NCBI GenBank assembly: GCA_032718475.1
Contig: JAUCBJ010008124.1
Location: forward strand, 1 to 64,000
Source of the DNA: Nemertoderma westbladi
Lineage: Eukaryota; Animalia; Xenacoelomorpha
Direction of reading: 5' to 3'
Length of the DNA: 64,000 nucleotides
A program made the position numbers and the translations under genes. Position 1 is the first letter of the stretch, and each line of letters begins with the position of its first letter. Of this stretch, positions 1 through 14,203 are shown one piece after another. The notes beneath the pieces were generated by a model that saw only the letters and a list, made by a program, of their open reading frames with translations, was not told where the DNA came from and searched no databases.

Positions 1-3000
1 CCCCCTTATGTGACACACTATCACACATGTTGGACCCCGTCCCTGCATCCCCCTCCCTTACCCCCCTTATGTAACACACTATCACCATGTTGGACCCCGT
101 CCCTGCATCCCCCCTACCCCCCTTATGTAACACACTATCAACATGTTGGACCCCGTCCCTGCATCCCCCCCTACCCCCCTTATGTAACACACTATCACCA
201 TGTTGGACCCCGTCCCTGCATCCCCCCCTACCCCCCTTATGTAACACACTATCACCATGTTGGACCCCGTCCCTGCATCCCCCCTACCCCCCTTATGTAA
301 CACACTATCACCATGTTGGACCCCGTCCCTGCATCCCCCCTACCCCCCTTATGTAACACACTATCACCATGTTGGACCCCGTCCCTGCATCCCCCCTACC
401 CCCCTTATGTAACACACTATCACCATGTTGGACCCCGTCCCTGCATCCCCCCCTACCCCCCTTATGTAACACACTATCACCATGTTGGACCCCGTCCCTG
501 CATCCCCCCCTACCCCCCTTATGTAACACACTATCACCATGTTGGACCCCGTCCCTGCATCCCCCCTACCCCCCTTATGTAACACACTATCACCATGTTG
601 GACCCCGTCCCTGCATCCCCCCCTACCCCCCTTATGTAACACACTATCACCATGTTGGACCCCGTCCCTGCATCCCCCCCTACCCCCCTTATGTAACACA
701 CTATCACCATGTTGGACCCCGTCCCTGCATCCCCCCTACCCCCCTTATGTAACACACTATCACCATGTTGGACCCCGTCCCTGCATCCCCCCCTACCCCC
801 CTTATGTAACACACTATCACCATGTTGGACCCCGTCCCTGCATCCCCCCCTACCCCCCTTATGTAACACACTATCACCATGTTGGACCCCGTCCCTGCAT
901 CCCCCCTACCCCCCTTATGTAACACACTATCACCATGTTGGACCCCGTCCCTGCATCCCCCCTACCCCCCTTATGTAACACACTATCACCATGTTGGACC
1001 CCGTCCCTGCATCCCCCCCTACCCCCCTTATGTAACACACTATCACCATGTTGGACCCCGTCCCTGCATCCCCCCTACCCCCCTTATGTAACACACTATC
1101 ACCATGTTGGACCCCGTCCCTGCATCCCCCCTACCCCCCTTATGTAACACACTATCACCATGTTGGACCCCGTCCCTGCATCCCCCTACCCCCCTTATGT
1201 AACACACTATCACCATGTTGGACCCCGTCCCTGCATCCCCCCTACCCCCCTTATGTAACACACTATCAACATGTTGGACCCCGTCCCTGCATCCCCCCTA
1301 CCCCCCTTATGTAACACACTATCACCATGTTGGACCCCGTCCCTGCATCCCCCCTACCCCCCTTATGTAACACACTATCACCATGTTGGACCCCGTCCCT
1401 GCATCCCCCCTACCCCCCTTATGTAACACACTATCACCATGTTGGACCCCGTCCCTGCATCCCCCCCTACCCCCCTTATGTAACACACTATCACCATGTT
1501 GGACCCCGTCCCTGCATCCCCCCCTACCCCCCTTATGTAACACACTATCACCATGTTGGACCCCGTCCCTGCATCCCCCCTACCCCCCTTATGTAACACA
1601 CTATCACCATGTTGGACCCCGTCCCTGCATCCCCCCCTACCCCCCTTATGTAACACACTATCACCATGTTGGACCCCGTCCCTGCATCCCCCCCTACCCC
1701 CCTTATGTAACACACTATCACCATGTTGGACCCCGTCCCTGCATCCCCCCTACCCCCCTTATGTAACACACTATCACCATGTTGGACCCCGTCCCTGCAT
1801 CCCCCCTACCCCCCTTATGTAACACACTATCACCATGTTGGACCCCGTCCCTGCATCCCCCCCTACCCCCCTTATGTAACACACTATCACCATGTTGGAC
1901 CCCGTCCCTGCATCCCCCCCTACCCCCCTTATGTAACACACTATCACCATGTTGGACCCCGTCCCTGCATCCCCCCCTACCCCCCTTATGTAACACACTA
2001 TCAACATGTTGGACCCCGTCCCTGCATCCCCCCTACCCCCCTTATGTAACACACTATCACCATGTTGGACCCCGTCCCTGCATCCCCCCTACCCCCCTTA
2101 TGTAACACACTATCACCATGTTGGACCCCGTCCCTGCATCCCCCCTACCCCCCTTATGTAACACACTATCAACATGTTGGACCCCGTCCCTGCATCCCCC
2201 CTACCCCCCTTATGTAACACACTATCAACATGTTGGACCCCGTCCCTGCATCCCCCCCTACCCCCCTTATGTAACACACTATCACCATGTTGGACCCCGT
2301 CCCTGCATCCCCCCCTACCCCCCTTATGTAACACACTATCACCATGTTGGACCCCGTCCCTGCATCCCCCCCTACCCCCCTTATGTAACACACTATCACC
2401 ATGTTGGACCCCGTCCCTGCATCCCCCCCGCCTACCCCCCTTATGTATCACACTATCACCATGTTGGACCCCATCCCTGCATCCCCCCTACCCCCCTTAT
2501 GTAGCACACTATCACCATGTTGGACCCCGTCCCTGCATCCCCCCTACCCCCCTTATGTAACACACTATCACCATGTTGGACCCCGTCCCTGCATCCCCCC
2601 CTACCCCCCTTATGTAACACACTATCACCATGTTGGACCCCGTCCCTGCATCCCCCCTACCCCCCTTATGTAACACACTATCACCATGTTGGACCCCGTC
2701 CCTGCATCCCCCCCTACCCCCCTTATGTAACACACTATCACCATGTTGGACCCCGTCCCTGCATCCCCCCTACCCCCCTTATGTAACACACTATCACCAT
2801 GTTGGACCCCGTCCCTGCATCCCCCCGCCTACCCCCCTTATGTATCACACTATCACCATGTTGGACCCCATCCCTGCATCCCCCCCCCCCTTATGTAGCA
2901 CACTATCACCATGTTGGACCCCGTCCCTGCATCCCCCCATACCCCCCTTATGTAACACACTATCACCATGTTGGACCCCGTCCCTGCATCCCCCCCTACC

Positions 3001-5310
3001 CCCCTTATGTAACACACTATCACCATGTTGGTCCCCGTCCTTGCATCCCCCCTACCCCCCTTATGTAACACAATATCAACATGTTGGACCCCGTCCCTGC
3101 ATCCCCCCCCCTACCCCCCTTATGTAACACACTATCAACATGTTGGACCCCGTCCCTGCATCCCCCCCTACCCCCCTTATGTAACACACTATCACCATGT
3201 TGGACCCCGTCCCTGCATCCCCCTACCCCCCTTATGTAACACACTATCACCATGTTGGACCCCGTCCCTGCATCCCCCCTACCCCCCTTATGTAACACAC
3301 TATCAACATGTTGGACCCCGTCCCTGCATCCCCCCCTACCCCCCTTATGTAACACTCTATCACCATGTTGGACCCCGTCCCTGCATCCCCCCCTACCCCC
3401 CTTATGTAACACACTATCACCATGTTGGACCCCGTCCCTGCATCCCCCCTACCCCCCTTATGTAACACACTATCACCATGTTGGACCCCGTCCCTGCATC
3501 CCCCCCGCCTACCCCCCTTATGTATCACACTATCACCATGTTGGACCCCATCCCTGCATCCCCCCCCCTTATGTAGCACACTATCACCATGTTGGACCCC
3601 GTCCCTGCATCCCCCCTACCCCCCTTATGTAACACACTATCACCATGTTGGACCCCGTCCCTGCATCCCCCCCGCCTACCCCCCTTATGTATCACACTAT
3701 CACCATGTTGGACCCCATCCCTGCATCCCCCCCCCCTTATGTAGCACACTATCACCATGTTGGACCCCGTCCCTGCATCCCCCCATACCCCCCTTATGTA
3801 ACACACTATCACCATGTTGGACCCCGTCCCTGCATCCCCCCCTACCCCCCTTATGTAACACACTATCACCATGTTGGTCCCCGTCCTTGCATCCCCCCTA
3901 CCCCCCTTATGTAACACAATATCAACATGTTGGACCCCGTCCCTGCATCCCCCCCCCTACCCCCCTTATGTAACACACTATCAACATGTTGGACCCCGTC
4001 CCTGCATCCCCCCCTACCCCCCTTATGTAACACACTATCACCATGTTGGACCCCGTCCCTGCATCCCCCTACCCCCCTTATGTAACACACTATCACCATG
4101 TTGGACCCCGTCCCTGCATCCCCCCTACCCCCCTTATGTAACACACTATCAACATGTTGGACCCCGTCCCTGCATCCCCCCCTACCCCCCTTATGTAACA
4201 CTCTATCACCATGTTGGACCCCGTCCCTGCATCCCCCCCTACCCCCCTTATGTAACACACTATCACCATGTTGGACCCCGTCCCTGCATCCCCCCTACCC
4301 CCCTTATGTAACACACTATCACCATGTTGGACCCCGTCCCTGCATCCCCCCCGCCTACCCCCCTTATGTATCACACTATCACCATGTTGGACCCCATCCC
4401 TGCATCCCCCCCCCTTATGTAGCACACTATCACCATGTTGGACCCCGTCCCTGCATCCCCCCCTACCCCCCTTATGTAACACACTATCACCATGTTGGAC
4501 CCCGTCCCTGCATCACCCCCTACCCCCCTTATGTGTCACACTATCACCATGTTGGACCCCGTCCCTGCATCCCCCCTACCCCCCTTATGTAACCCACTAT
4601 CGCCATGTTGGACCCCGTCCCTGCATCCCCCCCCCCTTATGTACCACTCTATCACCATGTTGGACCCCGTCCCTGCATCCCCCCCTACCCCCCTTATGTA
4701 ACACACTATCACCATGTTGGACCCCGTCCCTGCATCCCCCCTGCCCCCCTTATGTAACACACTATCACCATGTTGGACCCCGTCCCTGCATCCCCCCCTA
4801 CCCCCCTTATGTAACACACTATCACCATGTTGGACCCCGTCCCTGCATCCCCCCTGCCCCCCTTATGTAACACACTATCACCATGTTGGACCCCGTCCCT
4901 GCATCCCCCCTAACCCCTTTATGTAACACACTATCACCATGTTGGACCCCGTCCCTGCATCCCCCCCTACCCCCCTTATGTAGCACACTATCACCTGTTG
5001 GACCCCGTCCCTGCACCCCCCCTGCCCCCCTTATGTAACACACTATCACCATGTTGGACCCCGTCCCTGCATCCCCCCCCCCCTACCCCCCTTATGTAAC
5101 ACACTATCACCATGTTGGACCCCGTCCCTGCATCCCCCCCCTACCCCCCTTATGTAACACACTATCACCATGTTGGACCCCGTCCCTGCATCCCCCCTGC
5201 CCCCCTTATGTAACACACTATCGCCATGTTGGACCCCGTTCCTGCATCCCCCCTACCCCCCTTATGTAACACACTATCACCATGTTGGACCCCATCCCTG
5301 CATCCCCCTC
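1..5310. repeat. 56/57-bp C-rich tandem array (open at window start), ~94 copies
   Basis: Unit TTATGTAACACACTATCACCATGTTGGACCCCGTCCCTGCATCCCCCC(C)TACCCCCC; length varies in the C-run and copies degenerate toward the right end. Confidence 0.98.
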
Positions 5311-5763
5311 CCTTGCTCCCTTGCTCCTTAAGGAGACTCTTTCGACGCAATCAAAATTAATCCTTCTCGATTTGAAAACCAGCGCTAGAGAGGTTAATAA
5401 AGGGTAGAGATAATACTGAACAATTTTTTTCCCATGTAATACGAAATTTATTCTTAACTTTAGTATTTTTTAGTTGCATAATTATATAATAATAGATAAA
5501 AGCGATATCTATATTGCGTCCATAGTTACTGGAATAAAATTATGAACTCCCTTACTCAACTGCCTTACTCAAAATGTTGATTAGTTTTAATGTACTTGAA
5601 TATTTATTAGGTAACTAGAGAGCTGCTTAACAACATAAGCCAACATTGGATATTAAGTCCGTTTTGGAGTATACGCCTTTGTATACATTAAAGTTACAAT
5701 AACTTTTGATTGTGTGAATGGATTTTGATCAAATGGGGTAGGTGTGCGAGGAAATAGTTGGGC

Positions 5764-8700
5764 TAGAAGTTTTACATGCAAACCTTTTCTACTCCGATGC
5801 TCTAGAAGTTTTATTATGCAAACCTTTTCTACTTCGATGCTCTAGAAGTTTTATTATGCAAACCTTCTCTACTTCGATGCTCTAGAAGTTTTATTATGCA
5901 AACCTTTTCTACTTCGATGCTCTAGAAGTATTATTATGCAAACCTTTTCTACTTCGATGCTCTAGAAGTTTTATTATGCAAACCTTTTCTACTTCGATGC
6001 TCTAGAAGTTTTATTATGCAAACCTTTTCTACTTCGATGCTCTAGAAGTTTTATTATGCAAACCTTTTCTACTTCGATGCTCTAGAAGTATTATTATGCA
6101 AACCTTTTCTACTTCGATGCTCTAGAAGTATTATTATGCAAACCTTTTCTACTTCGATGCTCTAGAAGTTTTATTATGCAAACCTTCTCTACTTCGATGC
6201 TCTAGAAGTTTTATTATGCAAACCTTTTCTACTTCGATGCTCTAGAAGTTTTATTATGCAAACCTTTTCTACTTCGATGCTCTAGAAGTTTTATTATGCA
6301 AACCTTTTCTACTTCGATGCTCTAGAAGTTTTATTATGCAAACCTTTTCTACTTCGATGCTCTAGAAGTATTATTATGCAAACCTTTTCTACTTCGATGC
6401 TCTAGAAGTTTTATTATGCAAACCTTTTCTACTTCGATGCTCTAGAAGTTTTATTATGCAAACCTTTTCTACTTCGATGCTCTAGAAGTATTATTATGCA
6501 AACCTTTTCTACTTCGATGCTCTAGAAGTATTATTATGCAAACCTTTTCTACTTCGATGCTCTAGAAGTTTTATTATGCATACCTTTTCTACTTCGATGC
6601 TCTAGAAGTATTATTATGCAAACCTTTTCTACTTCGATGCTCTAGAAGTTTTATTATGCAAACCTTCTCTACTTCGATGCTCTAGAAGTTTTATTATGCA
6701 AACCTTTTCTACTTCGATGCTCTAGAAGTTTTATTATGCAAACCTTTTCTACTTCGATGCTCTAGAAGTATTATTATGCAAACCTTTTCTACTTCGATGC
6801 TCTAGAAGTTTTATTATGCAAACCTTTTCTACTTCGATGCTCTAGAAGTTTTATTATGCAAACCTTTTCTACTTCGATGCTCTAGAAGTATTATTATGCA
6901 AACCTTTTCTACTTCGATGCTCTAGAAGTATTATTATGCAAACCTTTTCTACTTCGATGCTCTAGAAGTTTTATTATGCATACCTTTTCTACTTCGATGC
7001 TCTAGAAGTATTATTATGCAAACCTTTTCTACTTCGATGCTCTAGAAGTATTATTATGCAAACCTTTTCTACTTCGATGCTCTAGAAGTATTATTATGCA
7101 AACCTTTTCTACTTCGATGCTCTAGAAGTATTATTATGCAAACCTTTTCTACTTCGATGCTCTAGAAGTATTATTATGCAAACCTTTTCTACTTCGATGC
7201 TCTAGAAGTATTATTATGCAAACCTTTTCTACTTCGATGCTCTAGAAGTATTATTATGCAAACCTTCTCTACTTCGATGCTCTAGAAGTATTATTATGCA
7301 AACCTTTTCTACTTCGATGCTCTAGAAGTTTTATTATGCAAACCTTTTCTACTTCGATGCTCTAGAAGTATTATTATGCAAACCTTTTCTACTTCGATGC
7401 TCTAGAAGTATTATTATGCAAACCTTTTCTACTTCGATGCTCTAGAAGTTTTATTATGCAAACCTTTTCTACTTCGATGCTCTAGAAGTATTATTATGCA
7501 AACCTTTTCTACTTCGATGCTCTAGAAGTATTATTATGCAAACCTTTTCTACTTCGATGCTCTAGAAGTTTTATTATAGAAACCTTTTCTACTTCGATGC
7601 TCTAGAAGTTTTATTATGCAAACCTTTTCTACTTCGATGCTCTAGAAGTTTTATTATGCAAACCTTTTCTACTTCGATGCTCTAGAAGTTTTATTATGCA
7701 AACCTTTTCTACTTCGATGCTCTAGAAGTTTTATTATGCAAACCTTTTCTACTTCGATGCTCTAGAAGTATTATTATGCAAACCTTTTCTACTTCGATGC
7801 TCTAGAAGTATTATTATGCAAACCTTTTCTACTTCGATGCTCTAGAAGTTTTATTATAGAAACCTTTTCTACTTCGATGCTCTAGAAGTTTTATTATGCA
7901 AACCTTTTCTACTTCGATGCTCTAGAAGTTTTATTATGCAAACCTTTTCTACTTCGATGCTCTAGAAGTTTTATTATGCAAACCTTTTCTACTTCGATGC
8001 TCTAGAAGTTTTATTATGCAAACCTTTTCTACTTCGATGCTCTAGAAGTTTTATTATGCAAACCTTTTCTACTTCGATGCTCTAGAAGTTTTATTATGCA
8101 AACCTTTTCTACTTCGATGCTCTAGAAGTTTTATTATGCAAACCTTTTCTACTTCGATGCTCTAGAAGTTTTATTATGCAAACCTTTTCTACTTCGATGC
8201 TCTAGAAGTTTTATTATGCAAACCTTTTCTACTTCGATGCTCTAGAAGTTTTATTATAGAAACCTTTTCTACTTCGATGCTCTAGAAGTTTTATTATGCA
8301 AACCTTTTCTACTTCGATGCTCTAGAAGTATTATTATGCAAACCTTTTCTACTTCGATGCTCTAGAAGTTTTATTATGCAAACCTTCTCTACTTCGATGC
8401 TCTAGAAGTATTATTATGCAAACCTTTTCTACTTCGATGCTCTAGAAGTTTTATTATGCAAACCTTTTCTACTTCGATGCTCTAGAAGTTTTATTATGCA
8501 AATCTTCTCTACTTCGATGCTCTAGAAGTATTATTATGCAAACCTTTTCTACTTCGATGCTCTAGAAGTTTTATTATGCAAACCTTCTCTACTTCGATGC
8601 TCTAGAAGTATTATTATGCAAACCTTTTCTACTTCGATGCTCTAGAAGTATTATTATGCAAACCTTTTCTACTTCGATGCTCTAGAAGTATTATTATGCA

Positions 8701-10363
8701 AACCTTTTCTACTTCGATGCTCTAGAAGTTTTATTATGCAAACCTTTTCTACTTCGATGCTCTAGAAGTTTTATTATGCAAACCTTTTCTACTTCGATGC
8801 TCTAGAAGTTTTATTATGCAAACCTTTTCTACTTCGATGCTCTAGAAGTTTTATTATGCAAACCTTTTCTACTTCGATGCTCTAGAAGTTTTATTATGCA
8901 AACCTTTTCTACTTCGATGCTCTAGAAGTTTTATTATGCAAACCTTTTCTACTTCGATGCTCTAGAAGTTTTATTATGCAAACCTTTTCTACTTCGATGC
9001 TCTAGAAATTTTATTATGCAAACCTTTTCTACTTCGATGCTCTAGAAGTTTTATTATGCAAACCTTATCTACTTCGATGCTCTAGAAGTTTTATTATGCA
9101 AACCTTTTCTACTTCGATGCTCTAGAAGTTTTATTATGCAAACCTTTTCTACTTCGATGCTCTAGAAGTTTTATTATGCAAACCTTTTCTACTTCGATGC
9201 TCTAGAAGTTTTATTATGCAAACCTTATCTACTTCGATGCTCTAGAAGTTTTATTATGCAAACCTTTTCTACTTCGATGCTCTAGAAGTTTTATTATGCA
9301 AACCTTTTCTACTTCGATGCTCTAGAAATTTTATTATGCAAACCTTTTCTACTTCGATGCTCTAGAAGTTTTATTATGCAAACCTTATCTACTTCGATGC
9401 TCTAGAAGTTTTATTATGCAAACCTTTTCTACTTCGATGCTCTAGAAGTTTTATTATGCAAACCTTTTCTACTTCGATGCTCTAGAAGTTTTATTATGCA
9501 AACCTTTTCTACTTCGATGCTCTAGAAATTTTATTATGCAAACCTTTTCTACTTCGATGCTCTAGAAGTTTTATTATGCAAACCTTATCTACTTCGATGC
9601 TCTAGAAGTTTTATTATGCAAACCTTTTCTACTTCGATGCTCTAGAAGTTTTATTATGCAAACCTTTTCTACTTCGATGCTCTAGAAGTTTTATTATGCA
9701 AACCTTTTCTACTTCGATGCTCTAGAAATTTTATTATGCAAACCTTTTCTACTTCGATGCTCTAGAAGTTTTATTATGCAAACCTTTTCTATTTCGATGC
9801 TCTAGAAATTTTATTATGCAAACCTTTTCTACTTCGATGCTCTAGAAGTTTTATTATGCAAACCTTATCTACTTCGATGCTCTAGAAGTTTTATTATGCA
9901 AACCTTTTCTACTTCGATGCTCTAGAAGTTTTATTATGCAAACCTTTTCTACTTCGATGCTCTAGAAGTATTATTATGCAAACCTTTTCTACTTCGATGC
10001 TCTAGAAGTATTATTATGCAAACCTTTTCTACTTCGATGCTCTAGAAGTTTTATTATGGAAACCTTTTCTACTTCGATGCTCTAGAAGTTTTATTATGCA
10101 AACCTTTTCTACTTCGATGCTCTAGAACTTTTATTACGCAAACCTTTTCTACTTCGATGCTCTAGAAGTATTATTATGCAAACCTTTTCTACTTCGATGC
10201 TCTAGAAGTATTATTATGCAAACCTTTTCTACTTCGATGCTCTAGAAGTTTTATTATGCAAACCTTTTCTACTTCGATGCTCTAGAAGTATTATTATGCA
10301 AACCTTTTCTACTTCGATGCTCTAGAAGTTTTATTATGCAAACCTTTTCTACTTCGATGCTCT
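5764..10363. repeat. 40-bp AT-rich tandem array, ~115 copies
   Basis: Unit TCTAGAAGT(T/A)TTATTATGCAAACCTTTTCTACTTCGATGC, held in phase over 4.6 kb. Confidence 0.98.
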
Positions 10364-10769
10364 TTCAACATAAGTAATACAATTTACCAAAAATATTTTA
10401 TTTCACTCACTGTAATTATATTTACTGTTTGCTTAATCTGCTTGTGTTTATATCTGTTTATGTGCAGTATTTAGTGACCTACGTCAAAGAAACTTATAAA
10501 TTTATAGCATTATTTACATTTCTAATTATGTAATTAAAAACGTGTTGGTGTTATTATTATTCATTTATCGGAATTTATACTGTAGGATAGGAATTTAATA
10601 TTCCGTTATGGATGCTAGTTAATTAATCGATATAAATAACGATATAATTATGTAAATAAAAATTGTTTTGATTAAATTAAATAATACATAATACGTATAA
10701 TAATACATATTAAAGTGATTGACATTTTGATAATGTTAATGTATGCCTACTATGTTTTTGTAAGGCATT

Positions 10770-11042
10770 GGCAAATTCCAACAAATTCCGATGGCCTCAA
10801 ACAGATTCACTTCAAACAGCTTCAGACAACTTCAGACAGCTTCAGATAGCTACTAACGACATCCAACATAAATTTCAATCACTTTCAGACAGATTCAGAT
10901 GGGCTCCAACAGACAAAACTTGTTGGAAATATTTTCTCCAACAGAATCAAACAGTACTAAATCTCCGTAGGTTAGCATTGTGCTTGTTTGGAGCTGTCGG
11001 AGTGTGTTGGATCCGATCGGATCCGATGGCACTCTGTTGGTG
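10770..11042. repeat. Degenerate dispersed repeat, probable non-autonomous DNA transposon remnant; related copy at ~17895-18075
   Basis: Short ACAGCTTCAG/CCAACAG repeats in the left part, inverted counterparts in the right part. Ends in GATCGGATCCGATGGCACTCTGTTGGTG, also found at ~18020-18046. Confidence 0.5.
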
Positions 11043-11316
11043 AGCGGGACTGTATCCGCCATCGGTCCCATAAAGACTGGTAAAGTAAACTATTGGTGCC
11101 AACGGCGCCATAGAGTGAGGTAAGGAAAACTATTAGTGCAAAAAGTGCCATAAAGCGCCCATGTGAAGAACAATCGGTGCCATAAAGAAGGGCAAGGGAA
11201 ACTGTTAGACCTATCGGTGCCATAACGACTGGCTGGTAAGGTATCTATTGGGGCCAAAGTTACCATAAAGAGTGGTATTTGTGTTGTGGGGTTTAGTTAT
11301 GAAATAAAGGAAGGGA

Positions 11317-13178
11317 AGATAATTTCTTTGGAACACACTTATCATCAGATAATTTCTTTGGAACACACTTATCATCAGATAATTTCTTTGGAACACACTT
11401 ATCATCAGATAATTTCTTTGGAACACACTTATCATCAGATAATTTCGTTGGAACACACTTATCATCAGATAATTTCTTTGGAACACACTTATCATCAGAT
11501 AATTTCTTTGGAACACACTTATCATCAGATAATTTCTTTGGAACACACTTATCATCAGATAATTTCTTTGGAACACACTTATCATCAGATAATTTCTTTG
11601 GAACACACTTATCATCAGATAATTTCTTTGGAACACACTTATCATCAGATAATTTCTTTGGAACACACTTATCATCAGATAATTTCTTTGGAACACACTT
11701 ATCATCAGATAATTTCTTTGGAACACACTTATCATCAGATAATTTCTTTGGAACACACTTATCATCAGATAATTTCTTTGGAACACACTTATCATCAGAT
11801 AATTTCTTTGGAACACACTTATCATCAGATAATTTCTTTGGAACACACTTATCATCAGATAATTTCTTTGGAACACACTTATCATCAGATAATTTCTTTG
11901 GAACACACTTATCATCAGATAATTTCTTTGGAACACACTTATCATCAGATAATTTCTTTGGAACACACTTATCATCAGATAATTTCTTTGGAACACACTT
12001 ATCATCAGATAATTTCTTTGGAACACACTTATCATCAGATAATTTCTTTGGAACACACTTATCACCAGATAATTTCTTTGGAACACACTTATCATCAGAT
12101 AATTTCTTTGGAACACACTTATCATCAGATAATTTCTTTGGAACACACTTATCATCAGATAATTTCTTTGGAACACACTTATCATCAGATAATTTCTTTG
12201 GAACACACTTATCATTAGATAATTTCTTTGGAACACACTTATCATCAGATAATTTCTTTGGAACACACTTATCATCAGATAATTTCTTTGGAACACACTT
12301 ATCATCAGATAATTTCTTTGGAACACACTTATCATCAGATAATTTCTTTGGAACACACTTATCATCAGATAATTTCTTTGGAACACACTTATCATCAGAT
12401 AATTTCTTTGGAACACACTTATCATCAGATAATTTCTTTGGAACACACTTATCATCAGATAATTTCTTTGGAACACAGTTATCATCAGATAATTTCTTTG
12501 GAACACACTTATCATCAGATAATTTCTTTGGAACACACTTATCATCAGATAATTTCTTTGGAACACACTTATCATCGGATAATTTCTTTGGAACACACTT
12601 ATCATCAGATAATTTCTTTGGAACACACTTATCATCAGATAATTTCTTTGGAACACACTTATCATCAGATAATTTCTTTGGAACACACTTATCATCAGAT
12701 AATTTCTTTGGAACACACTTATCATCAGATAATTTCTTTGGAACACACTTATCATCAGATAATTTCTTTGGAACACACTTATCATCAGATAATTTCTTTG
12801 GAACACACTTATCATCAGATAATTTCTTTGGAACACACTTATCAACACATAATTTCTTTGGAAACCACTTATCAACACATAATTTCTTTGAAACACACTT
12901 ATCATCAGATAATTTCTTTGGAACACACTTATCATCAGATAATTTCTTTGAAACACACTTATTATCAGATAATTTCTTTGAAACACACTTATCATCAGAT
13001 AATTTCTTTGGAACACACTTATCATCAGATAATTTCTTTGAAACACACTTATTATCAGATAATTTCTTTGAAACACACTTATCATCAGATAATTTCTTTG
13101 GAACACACTTATCATCAGATAATTTCTTTGAAACACACTTATTATCAGATAATTTCTTTGAAACACACGTATTATCAG
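11317..13178. repeat. 30-bp tandem array, ~62 copies
   Basis: Unit AGATAATTTCTTTGGAACACACTTATCATC, nearly invariant, with variants concentrated at the right end. Confidence 0.98.
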
Positions 13179-13676
13179 AAAGATACATTAGTGGGAGATT
13201 TCTAAATTGAGTGGAACAAATATTAATTGGCAATTTATTTGGTGTAACACCTTGTGGACTGCGGTAGTTAAATGAAAATACAAAACACAACTTACTGTAG
13301 GACAGAACTACATGTCCCATAAGCCATCATTTCTGTTTGAGTTTCATAAAGTAGGCCTACAGTATGTCCTCTAGTTAATTAAATGAAGCAAAGTGTTTTA
13401 TTGTAAGATCGCATCTGAGATTGACATTTTTTGTGACAATATGACACACATTTGCATTGTAATTGTTTCCCTATCCATACACAGTATCAGTATATGTACC
13501 TATGGTGGACTTTCGCCACTCACAATATAACCATTTAATTATTCATAAGGGGGCCATCCATGCCACAATATTTACTGTCACGACGCCATTAGTCAGACAA
13601 TGTAACTGACTGACTTTATTCCTGACCTGTTGGCCATTATTGTAATTAATCTAATGGGCTAAGGAGTAAATACAGT

Positions 13677-13774
13677 AACAGGGCACGCCCGTAAGGCCTA
13701 CATACAGCCAAAATACTGAAACAGGGCACGCCTGTAAGGCCTACATACAGCCAAAATACTGAAACAGGGCACGC
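13677..13774. repeat. 43-bp tandem duplication (~2.3 copies)
   Basis: GGGCACG starts at 13681, 13724 and 13767; unit AACAGGGCACGCC(C/T)GTAAGGCCTACATACAGCCAAAATACTGA. Confidence 0.9.
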
Positions 13775-14203
13775 AGTTTGGCCTATAAGAGGCTGCTACT
13801 GTTATGTATTAATGAGATATTGACTCTTAAAAGCTCACGGTAACCAAAGAACTGCGATTGACTACACACTGTAACATAGAGTGATGGACTGATTGGGAAT
13901 TAAGTCCTTAATGTGATTAATAATCACTTTGCAGTCTGCTCAACTTTTCAGCATATTATTAGAAAAAATTGTCATAAATGACTACACCTACAGTACTATA
14001 GGGCCTACCCTGTTATTTAGCGTGATAAACGTATAATCAGATGAATTCATCCCAAACCATTGGAATTCCATGATACTGTATATAAGGCCTAGATCCCTAT
14101 GTTGATATCAGTATCCATTGTAGCCAAGTCAGGTCAGGTCAGGTCCGCAGATCCTGCTACGACTATGGCAGAAATGTGGTACTACCTGTAGCTGTCAGCC
14201 CAG

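Noticed and set aside
10-5350. Dozens of Pro/His/Gly-rich ORFs
   Set aside because: Translations of the 56/57-bp repeat; frames shift with C-run length.
11211-13320. 651- and 675-aa ORFs
   Set aside because: A 30-bp unit without stops; no protein-like unique sequence or synonymous variation.
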